The translations under genes and the position numbers were made by a program. From Candidatus Schekmanbacteria bacterium RIFCSPLOWO2_02_FULL_38_14 (GTDB lineage: Bacteria; Schekmanbacteria; GWA2-38-11): DNA of 64,000 nt. The DNA is taken from contig MGDH01000018.1 of NCBI GenBank assembly GCA_001790855.1, positions 14,207-78,206 on the forward strand, given 5' to 3'. Shown here piece after piece: positions 46,988 to 54,876 of this stretch. The notes under the pieces were generated by a model. The model was not told the origin of the DNA. It did no database searches and saw only the letters and a list, made by a program, of their open reading frames with translations. The stretch's first letter is position 1; the number at the start of each line of letters is the position of its first letter.

Positions 46988-48472
46988 ATGGGGAATATAT
47001 TAAGCAAGTGGACTGAAAGAATTACACAAAACAGAATCTGGAAATCAATTTTCAGACATGGCTATCCTGATACAGAGCTTAATCAATCCCTTGTCATGTA
47101 TACCAATCTTTTTCTTCATATTCAACCTGTAAAGGTTCATAAAAATGTTTTAAGACCATCATATACCTTAAGCCTTGGTTTGATCTCTTTTATACTATTT
47201 CTTGTCCTTGTAATAACAGGGATATATTTAATGTTCTATTATGTCCCTTCAGTTGACAGGGCTTACAATGATATGAAGGAGCTTCAATTTGTTGTCTCCT
47301 TTGGCATATTTTTGAGAAACCTGCACCGATGGTCAGCTCATGGAATGGTGGCTGCAGTATTTTTACATATGTGCAGGGTTTTCTATACGGCTTCTTATAA
47401 ACCTCCAAGAGAATTTAACTGGGTCTTAGGAGTTATACTTTTAATAGTGACATTTGGTTTAAGTTTTACAGGCTATCTTCTTCCCTGGGACCAGCTTGCT
47501 TTCTGGGCAATTACAGTGGGTACAAGCATTGCCAGCTATGCACCAATTATTGGGCAGAAACTACGCTATTTTCTGTTAGGTGGGAATATTGTTGGGCAGA
47601 ATGCTCTTTTGCGGTTTTACGTTCTCCACTGCGTTGTTCTGCCATCAGTTGCTGCTGTCTTAATAGGAATACATTTCTGGCGGATAAGAAAGGATGGAGG
47701 GTTATCAAAGCCTGCAGAAAAATTAAAACAAGAAGAAAAGTTTGAAGAGCTGCAGGAAGAAGGGCTTTCCCCAAAAGGAACAAGTAAGACTTATGGTTTA
47801 ATGGAACTTGTAAAAGGTGCTACTATTCCTGTAGAACAGGAGCCCGAGAATGAGATAATGTCATGGCCACATTTGATCTTTAGAGAGTTCCTTGTCGCCA
47901 TAGTTGTTTTAGTAGTGCTTATTGCTATTTCCTTATTTTTTAATGCACCTCTTGAGGAGCTTGCAAATCCTTCAGAGCCTCCGAATCCAGCAAAGGCTCC
48001 ATGGTATTTCTTAGGACTTCAGGAGCTTGTATCTTATTCAGCCTTTATAGGAGGTGTAATTACACCTTTTCTTGTTGTTTTTGCGCTCCTGATGGCAATA
48101 CCTTATATAGATTACAGAGCAGAAGATGTGGGGATATGGTTTTCCTCTAAGAAGGGTCGTTTAATAGCATTAATTACAGCAACCCTGACATTAATAAGTA
48201 TTCCTGTCTTGATTTTTCTTAATATGAAATACGGGATTAGAGTTTTCTACCCTGATGCTCCTTCAATTCTTGTGGATTTGATAAATCCTGGAACAATTCT
48301 GATTGGAGTTACAGCAGTTATCTCAATTATTATAGGGGTCCGCACTAAGTCATGGAGGTTAGCTGCCATGATGATATTTACCTCCTTTGTAACTGGTTTT
48401 ATTGTGTTGACTGTTATTGGAACATTATTCAGGGGTCCTAACTGGGAGTTTGTTTTCCCATGGAAAGGATAA
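46988..48472 (+). CDS. cytochrome b (fused b6 + subunit-IV-like, 494 aa) of bc-type complex
   Basis: Conserved cytochrome b N-terminus ([12 protein letters not shown] ... [10 protein letters not shown]) and C-terminal PEWY-region equivalent ([10 protein letters not shown]); additional C-terminal TM helices. Confidence 0.85.
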   Translation: MGNILSKWTERITQNRIWKSIFRHGYPDTELNQSLVMYTNLFLHIQPVKVHKNVLRPSYTLSLGLISFILFLVLVITGIYLMFYYVPSVDRAYNDMKELQFVVSFGIFLRNLHRWSAHGMVAAVFLHMCRVFYTASYKPPREFNWVLGVILLIVTFGLSFTGYLLPWDQLAFWAITVGTSIASYAPIIGQKLRYFLLGGNIVGQNALLRFYVLHCVVLPSVAAVLIGIHFWRIRKDGGLSKPAEKLKQEEKFEELQEEGLSPKGTSKTYGLMELVKGATIPVEQEPENEIMSWPHLIFREFLVAIVVLVVLIAISLFFNAPLEELANPSEPPNPAKAPWYFLGLQELVSYSAFIGGVITPFLVVFALLMAIPYIDYRAEDVGIWFSSKKGRLIALITATLTLISIPVLIFLNMKYGIRVFYPDAPSILVDLINPGTILIGVTAVISIIIGVRTKSWRLAAMMIFTSFVTGFIVLTVIGTLFRGPNWEFVFPWKG

Positions 48473-48508
48473 AAAAATATATAGGAGTCTGTCAGAGAAC
48501 CCTTTTTT

Positions 48509-48659
48509 GTCATTGCGAGCGACTCCCTCGATATTGCTCGGGACAGGCTCCGGGAGCGTGGCAATCTCAAATCCCCCTATATCCCCCTTTTCCCTGCCTG
48601 CCGGTAGGCAAGTAAAGGGGGAGAAAAGAGGGATTGCTTTGGATTCGCCTCGCAATGAC
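48509..48659. repeat. nested palindromic element ~150 nt: family D termini, then GCAATCTC/GAGGGATTGC, then family B C-runs, then family C core
   Basis: gtcattgcgagcgactccc...gtggcaatctcaaatccccctatatcccccttttccctgcctgccggtaggcaagtaaagggggagaaaagagggattgctttggattcgcctcgcaatgac. Confidence 0.6.
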
Positions 48660-48713
48660 AAGAAAACTCATATTATTTAGAATTTCGAATTTAGGATTTT
48701 AGATTTTAAATAC

Positions 48714-49808
48714 ATGGTTAAATATTTTACATTTTTTAGTATTATTCTCCTGGTCTTTTTTTCTCTTGCCATCTTTAAGGATTATGATAGAGAGTGGAAG
48801 GATTTCCAGAAGAGGTTCTACGAGATTGAATCAGAGAGAGGAAAAAACGCTGAAGAGAAAAAAGTGATAAGAAATACTCCTTTGAGAATAAAACAGATAG
48901 TGTTAGAGGATTTGAATAGAGTTGATAGGTGCACAACCTGCCATCTCGGAATGGAATATGAGAAAAAGTCTTACAAAAAGAATCCATATAAGTCTCATCC
49001 CGACCCAACAATGCATCCCTTTGATCAATTTCCCTTTGATAGATTTGGATGCACCATCTGCCATGAAGGGCAGGGAAGAGCTACTACAAAGGATGATGCC
49101 CATGGTGATGTGGATTTCTGGGATAAGACCATGCTAAGGGGTATTTATCTGCAAGCCTCATGTCTAAAATGTCATGATGACCCTGACCTTAAGGGTGCTG
49201 AGATTGCAATGAAAGGGAAAAAACTTTTTGAGGAAAATGACTGCTATGAGTGTCATAAAGTAGGAGATAAAGGAGAAAGTGTAGGACCTGAGCTTACAAA
49301 GGAAGGATTAAAGACAAAACACCATTTTGATTTTACCCGTGTAAAGGGCAAGCACACTATTGCTAACTGGCAATTCGAGCATCTAAAAAATCCGGAAGCA
49401 GTTGTTCCTGATTCAGTGATGCCAAATTTGGAACTCAGTGATGAAGATGCAAGAGCCTTGACTATATATCTCTTAAGCCTTACTGATGAAAAGGTGCCAG
49501 AAGAATACATAGCGTCTCTAAAAAGAGGTCCTATCCTTGCATTAAGTAGAAAAGTTACAAAGCCTGAGATGAGTCCAGGTGAAAAGCTTTATATAGAGAT
49601 GAACTGCTATTACTGCCATAAGATAAAAGGGGAAGGAGGTGATGGAGCACCTGATTTAACTGGAGTTGGCGCAAGGCATGATGAAGATTGGCTTATAAAA
49701 CATTTTGACACTCCGCGGTCAATAAGTCCTCATTCTTTTATGCCTGACTATAAACTTACACCCGAGGAGATAAAGGCTCTGACAGATTTTATGTTGACTT
49801 TGAAATAG
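48714..49808 (+). CDS. pentaheme c-type cytochrome associated with the Rieske/cyt b genes (C-terminal class-I monoheme domain)
   Basis: N-terminal TM anchor; CTTCH, CTICH, CLKCH, CYECH, CYYCH; C-terminal CYYCHKIKGEGGDGAPDL...FMPDY typical class-I cytochrome c. Confidence 0.75.
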   Translation: MVKYFTFFSIILLVFFSLAIFKDYDREWKDFQKRFYEIESERGKNAEEKKVIRNTPLRIKQIVLEDLNRVDRCTTCHLGMEYEKKSYKKNPYKSHPDPTMHPFDQFPFDRFGCTICHEGQGRATTKDDAHGDVDFWDKTMLRGIYLQASCLKCHDDPDLKGAEIAMKGKKLFEENDCYECHKVGDKGESVGPELTKEGLKTKHHFDFTRVKGKHTIANWQFEHLKNPEAVVPDSVMPNLELSDEDARALTIYLLSLTDEKVPEEYIASLKRGPILALSRKVTKPEMSPGEKLYIEMNCYYCHKIKGEGGDGAPDLTGVGARHDEDWLIKHFDTPRSISPHSFMPDYKLTPEEIKALTDFMLTLK

Positions 49809-49840
49809 CTATGAGACAAAGGTTTTCATAAAACAATCAA

Positions 49841-50000
49841 GCCCAGAAGGGCTTTTCCACAGTTTTATGTGGGAGAGCCTTTTTAGGCTCGATAGCGAAG
49901 AAAAAAATAAGGAGGTGATGAGACAAGCTACATAGTAAGGGAAAGAGTTTAGATTTAAATTCTGTTAGCTACCGGATATATTTAAGAAAAAGGAGGAACT
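49841..50000 (+). promoter_or_regulatory. conserved leader/promoter module (copy 1): GCCC-AGAA-GGGC hairpin, CCACAG-TTTTAT-GTGGGAG hairpin, GAGCC-TTTTT-AGGCTC hairpin, A-rich tract, TTTAGATTTAAATTCTGTTAGCTACCGGATATATTTAAG, AGGAGG RBS
   Basis: Near-identical ~140-nt block recurs at 53010-53149 upstream of the next gene; hairpins and a TTGAAT/TTTAAA-17nt-ATATAT promoter-like spacing seen in sequence. Confidence 0.45.
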
Positions 50001-52790
50001 ATGATTGAAGAAGTATTTTTGATACTGAAAAGAAAATGGTTTATATGTGCATTGGCTTTTCTTTTTGCCATTTCAGCATCCTATGTTTTTGAGAAAGAAG
50101 CCAGTGCAGCAAAAACTTATAACATAGTGGTTAAGATAAAGTCAAATAAAGCCACTAACAGAACAGGCGTAGCGGTAGAGGTCACAGGAGGAGATTTAAC
50201 AACACCCAAGACTGCTACAACGAAAAAAACAGGTATTGTAAAGTTTACAAAACTTGCTAAAGGAACTTACACTGTTACTCCTGCAAAGGAAGGCTATACC
50301 TTTGACCCTGAATCAAAGCCTGTTACATTTGCAACAAGGAGAACAGTAAATGTTGTTTTTAAGTCAACAGAGGTTGTAATTCCTGTTACTGAAGAGGCTA
50401 TAACTCTGTCAACATCTGCAAACGGGACTCACTTTGCTGCGGGTGAGAAACCAATAATCACCATTTCTCTGCCCGACCTGTCCAGCCGCAGTGACTATTC
50501 GCAGCTACGCCTGGTGGTTTATGGTCCACAGGAAACGACCAAGACTAAAACAGCGGTGAATCTGCTCAATGCGTCCACTGACCGTTCCTTAGCTAACACG
50601 GGCCCGCATCACTACATTGACCTCGTTACAGACACCAATGTTCAGCTCAATGATAATATTCTGACCTATACGCTCCAGCCAATCACAGATGAAGAAGCAG
50701 GGACATACACAGCAAGTTTGTGGGCTGTTTTGAAAGATGACCCTTCTGTGCAGTCGTTCCCGCTTGCTGATTTCCAGATTGGAACAGCTACTGCTGAGAC
50801 GCAAATAGTAGAGAGGGAAAATTGTTCTGTCTGCCATAAGGGTGCTGATAGCGGGAAATATTACTTCCATCACATAGATCCTCGTACCGCCGGTTCATCT
50901 GGATACCCATCAATTGACTCGTGGGCAGTGAGAACGTGCAAGAGCTGCCATAACACAGATGGCTATGCAGCATACACTGATCCCGCTAATCCCTCTGCCA
51001 CTGATGGCTCTAATAAAATTCCGGATCCGATTGTAAAGCGTGTACATGGTGTTCATATGGGAGAGGAGTTAAAGAACGCGCTCAACACTGACGCGACGAC
51101 AGGTATTTTCAAAAACTACACAAGTGTGGTATTTCCTGCAAATGTCAAGAACTGCACTATGTGTCACGTGGATGATAAATGGAAGACCACACCTTCACGT
51201 CTTGCTTGTGGCGCCTGCCATGATAATATCTGGTTTGGTGATCCGGCAGCCCTTCCTTCAGGACAAGAGGCACATCCTGGTTTACAACAGGATAGCGATA
51301 CCGGATGCTCTACCTGCCACCCTGCAGATGGTTCATGGACCAAGGGTTCGGCACCTGCACCCATTTCAACGGTTCACAAGGTTGATTCGCCAGCTTACAA
51401 GTATACTGTAGAGATTAGCCTAAGCGCACCGGCAAATGAGACTCACTATGTTGCGGGCGAGGCGCCTCAGGTAACAATAACAATCAAAGATGCTACCACT
51501 GGTGCCACAATTGACCCGAACACGCTAACAGAGACCGCCTTCAGCCGTGCCTCTCTCTACGTCTCCGGCCCGCGTGAAAATACAAAACCTGTGCTTACCA
51601 CCTCGGCCAAGGGCCTTGGAGCCGTCCGTGCTTTGGCGACGAACAGCAAGGATGGACCCTGGGATCTGTCAGGCGACCCTACCTTTATCATTGGCATTGA
51701 CGGTACCTCCCGCACGGTAACGGCTGCGGCAAGTAATTTCGCAAATCCGGCAGCTGCGACCCAGGCAGAGGTCATTACATGGCTGAAAAAGGCGCTTCCT
51801 GATGGCATTGGCGATGTGGCGACAGTCTCTGCGTCTGGCACAACAAAAGTCACGATTAAAAGCAATACCAGAGGCTCGACATCCAAGGTCGAGATCTTTG
51901 CAAGTTCAGTTGCAACGGCTATGGGGTGGACCGTTGGTGCGAAAACCCCTACACCTCGTTCCTATGCCAGCAATGACTTCCGCGTCCGCAAAGATTCTTT
52001 TGATGAGGATCCGAAGGTGAGTCGTTCCACCACTGCAGTTACGTACCAGTTAGACGATGTTGCCGGTCTGACCTCAGGCACCTATACTGCTTTTGCCCAG
52101 ATGAGTCCGACATCTGGTTTTGGCGGCTCGGCGGTGGTCAATTTCCAAGTGGGTGGGGCTACAGAAGAAAAGAAGGTTGCTACAAACTGTACCAATTGCC
52201 ATGGTGATACAACAATGCACAGCACCTCCTTATCAGTGCCATTCAATCCAGACATCTGCAAGAACTGCCACGATTACAATCGTGAGGGGACTGGATATGG
52301 TTGGGCCGGCGCTCCCCCGACCGGAACGAACGGGACCTCAACGAGCGGCTGGAGCGGTTTTGGTGCCAAGCCCTTATCAAGCAGAATCCACGGTGTTCAC
52401 CGCGGTCGTTATCTGGAGCATCCTGAGGATGTAAAACCACTGTATAGGCTCGTAAGCGGGGTTGCCACGTATTGGCCTGAATACGATTTCTCTGAAGTGA
52501 TTTTCCCTCAGGATATAAGAAACTGCACCAAGTGTCACAGCGCCGATACGACCGGGACTTGGAAGACAGAACCATCTCGGTTAGCCTGTCTTGCCTGCCA
52601 CGACAACGATGAGGCAACTACCCACGGTAATCTGATGACGTATGATACGACACCTACAGATCCATGGAGCGGTGATGAGATAGAGACATGTGTTGTGTGT
52701 CATGGTTCTGGTAGGGACTTTTCTCCTGACAAGGTGCACAATATCTCGAGTCCCTATAAGCCACCGTATCTACGAGAGCCTGCAGAGTAA
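50001..52790 (+). CDS. large secreted decaheme c-type cytochrome (929 aa), mosaic composition
   Basis: Signal/anchor N-terminus, beta-sandwich N-domain. Ten CxxCH sites: CSVCH, CKSCH, CTMCH, CGACH, CSTCH, CTNCH, CKNCH, CTKCH, CLACH, CVVCH. Internal duplicated module (CxxCH...WKT.PSRLAC.ACHDN occurs twice). Bases ~50420-52790 are ~55% GC vs ~33% elsewhere. Confidence 0.8.
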   Translation: MIEEVFLILKRKWFICALAFLFAISASYVFEKEASAAKTYNIVVKIKSNKATNRTGVAVEVTGGDLTTPKTATTKKTGIVKFTKLAKGTYTVTPAKEGYTFDPESKPVTFATRRTVNVVFKSTEVVIPVTEEAITLSTSANGTHFAAGEKPIITISLPDLSSRSDYSQLRLVVYGPQETTKTKTAVNLLNASTDRSLANTGPHHYIDLVTDTNVQLNDNILTYTLQPITDEEAGTYTASLWAVLKDDPSVQSFPLADFQIGTATAETQIVERENCSVCHKGADSGKYYFHHIDPRTAGSSGYPSIDSWAVRTCKSCHNTDGYAAYTDPANPSATDGSNKIPDPIVKRVHGVHMGEELKNALNTDATTGIFKNYTSVVFPANVKNCTMCHVDDKWKTTPSRLACGACHDNIWFGDPAALPSGQEAHPGLQQDSDTGCSTCHPADGSWTKGSAPAPISTVHKVDSPAYKYTVEISLSAPANETHYVAGEAPQVTITIKDATTGATIDPNTLTETAFSRASLYVSGPRENTKPVLTTSAKGLGAVRALATNSKDGPWDLSGDPTFIIGIDGTSRTVTAAASNFANPAAATQAEVITWLKKALPDGIGDVATVSASGTTKVTIKSNTRGSTSKVEIFASSVATAMGWTVGAKTPTPRSYASNDFRVRKDSFDEDPKVSRSTTAVTYQLDDVAGLTSGTYTAFAQMSPTSGFGGSAVVNFQVGGATEEKKVATNCTNCHGDTTMHSTSLSVPFNPDICKNCHDYNREGTGYGWAGAPPTGTNGTSTSGWSGFGAKPLSSRIHGVHRGRYLEHPEDVKPLYRLVSGVATYWPEYDFSEVIFPQDIRNCTKCHSADTTGTWKTEPSRLACLACHDNDEATTHGNLMTYDTTPTDPWSGDEIETCVVCHGSGRDFSPDKVHNISSPYKPPYLREPAE

Positions 52791-52811
52791 ATAAAGCAAG
52801 GTGGATTCGTT

Positions 52812-52856
52812 AACAAGCCTATTCCCGATGGGGGGGGGTAGGCTTGTTATTTTATC
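52812..52856 (+). terminator. rho-independent terminator after the decaheme gene (aacaagcct...aggcttgtt + T-run)
   Basis: 9-bp stem, G-run loop, followed by attttat. Confidence 0.5.
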
Positions 52857-53009
52857 AAATATTTCTAATTAGCCATATGAGATATTATAGGAGGAAGAGA
52901 TAAAGGTTCTGATTAAATAGAGGTTGACTTTGAAATAGGTATAGGCTAAAAGTTTTTGCAAAATAATCGGCCCCACAGAAGGGGCCTCCCCTGCCTGCGG
53001 TAGGCAGGC

Positions 53010-53149
53010 ACAGTTTTATGTGGGAGCGCCTTTCAAGGCTCGATATAGAAAAGAAAAAAATGGAAAGGGGTGATGCAATAGAATAGATAAAAACTGGAGA
53101 AGGTTAGATTTGAATTCTGTTAGCTACCGAATATATTTAAGGAGGATAT
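53010..53149 (+). promoter_or_regulatory. conserved leader/promoter module (copy 2), paralogous to 49841-50000
   Basis: cacagttttatgtgggagcgcctttcaaggctcgata...ttagatttgaattctgttagctaccgaatatatttaaggagg atg; a family-C palindrome is inserted just upstream (52988-53011). Confidence 0.45.
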
Positions 53150-54679
53150 ATGAAGAGAAATTTATTTTTGACGACAATTTTCGTAGGAGTGTTTATCTCC
53201 TCGATTCTTTCCTTTTCCTATGCCACTGCTAAGGGGAAACCAGGAAAGAAGCCAACGGTTATAAGCATAACCCCGAAAACAGGAGCACAAGGGGAACCCC
53301 TTGATGTAACTATAAAAGGAAAGAATTTTGTTGACACACCTACTGTTAGTTTAGGCGCAGGGATAACTGTGAATGGAGTTGAGTTTGTCTCAGCGACAAA
53401 GTTAACTGCAAACATCACTATTGCCTCAGATGCTAAGATAGGACCAAAACCTGTAACTGTTACTAATCCTGATGGGAAAAAAAGCCAGGCAAAGAAAATT
53501 TTCAAGGTTAAGAAAAGCACATTACCTCAGGCTGATATAATTGCTAAAAAGGTAACAGATGAACCAGGTGAGGCTGATTGGGCAAAAATATCTGGTTCAT
53601 TAATCCAGACAACAGGCAACCCAGCAACTGGAGGACATGGTGCTCTCGGTGAAGAGAATCTCGTTGCAGTAAAGCTTCAGGCATCTCATGACAGCACAAA
53701 TATCTTCATGAGATTTGAATGGGATGACTCAACCCAGAATAACACCCATGAGGTCTGGACATATAGTGCAAGCAGTAGCACATGGTCTAAAGCTGGCAAT
53801 GAGGACAGAATTCTTATTGCATGGCCAATTACAGACGTTGCTGGCAGAGAGGGAAAAACTTTTCAGGAGATTGGATGTGCAATGCTCTGCCACCTGAAGG
53901 ATGCAAATGACCCAACTAAAACTAAGATTGTGCCTAACACCACTGACGCAGTCAATGATTGTTCAGTTTGCCATCCAAATTCTTCAGGTAAAGATACAAC
54001 CTTTGTCCATGTATTACCTACATCAGCTCAAACTTGTATTAGCTGCCATGCTGATAGGGAGATTGAAGAGATTGCTGATATGGGTTCACCTTCTGGTGGT
54101 GCCTTTGACATCTGGCACTGGAAAGCTGGAAGAAGCGATGGTATAGGACTTGCTGAGGACCAGGAAGCATCTGACGGCAAACTTCGAACAAATGATGGTG
54201 CAGGGCTTACAAGCAATAACGATGGTCCTGCTGGATTCACGGACAGGCCAAAATATATCTGGACTGCTGCTTCAGGTAAAGGAGCTTCTCCTGTAACAGA
54301 GATAATAAAGAATAGCGAGATCGCATCCCTTAAGGCTTCAAATTACCTTGCTGAGATAAATGCTACTGATGGGAAATATTATCTTAGCAATGGAACAACT
54401 GAAGAAGTTCTAGGGGATGGTGCGCAAGTGAGGAGAAGAATCCTTAAGGATGGAACCAATATTACAGAGCCTGGCAATGGAGATATCAAGGCATCAAGCG
54501 GCTATTTAGACGGAAAATGGACAGTAGTACTTAAGAGAAAACTCAATACTACTGACACTAAAGACTATGTGTTCAAAACAGGTGAAACTGATATAAACTA
54601 CTTTGGATTTGCTGTCACTGACAACAGCGGGAACAGCCATAAAGCAAAGGCTTTGCTGAAATTGAGGTTTGGGCAGTAA
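53150..54679 (+). CDS. secreted IPT/TIG-domain protein with c-type heme motifs (one CX3CH plus two CxxCH)
   Basis: Signal peptide. N-terminal IPT/TIG-like Ig domain (VISITPKTGAQGEPLDVTIKGKNF). Heme motifs GCAMLCH (verified on DNA: tgt gca atg ctc tgc cac), CSVCH, CISCH. Confidence 0.65.
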   Translation: MKRNLFLTTIFVGVFISSILSFSYATAKGKPGKKPTVISITPKTGAQGEPLDVTIKGKNFVDTPTVSLGAGITVNGVEFVSATKLTANITIASDAKIGPKPVTVTNPDGKKSQAKKIFKVKKSTLPQADIIAKKVTDEPGEADWAKISGSLIQTTGNPATGGHGALGEENLVAVKLQASHDSTNIFMRFEWDDSTQNNTHEVWTYSASSSTWSKAGNEDRILIAWPITDVAGREGKTFQEIGCAMLCHLKDANDPTKTKIVPNTTDAVNDCSVCHPNSSGKDTTFVHVLPTSAQTCISCHADREIEEIADMGSPSGGAFDIWHWKAGRSDGIGLAEDQEASDGKLRTNDGAGLTSNNDGPAGFTDRPKYIWTAASGKGASPVTEIIKNSEIASLKASNYLAEINATDGKYYLSNGTTEEVLGDGAQVRRRILKDGTNITEPGNGDIKASSGYLDGKWTVVLKRKLNTTDTKDYVFKTGETDINYFGFAVTDNSGNSHKAKALLKLRFGQ

Positions 54680-54876
54680 GAACAATCAACTGTGAGAGAG
54701 CCTTTCCCTGCCTACTGCAGGCAGGCTCGATAAATATTTTCTGGATTAAAGCCGTCAGGGAAAAATTCTCTGACGGCTTTAATATTTGCAATGAAAAATA
54801 AATCTGATATATAAAGTAAAATTTTTAAATCTTGTAGGAAAGACTTTTAGACTCGATGAATATTTTTTGATTAAAC

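Noticed and set aside
51124-52617. Several 60-130-aa ORFs in alternate frames (51124-51411, 51164-51364, 51557-51886, 51802-52020, 52120-52434, 52243-52617)
   Set aside because: They lie inside the GC-rich body of the decaheme gene. High GC removes stop codons and produces long shadow ORFs. None has a motif or RBS.
50001-54679. Integrase or transposase flanking the GC-shifted cytochrome segment
   Set aside because: I looked for recombinase, transposase or phage genes and terminal inverted repeats around 50400-52800 and found none. The shift is confined within one ORF, so recombination or assembly chimerism is a better explanation than a discrete mobile element.
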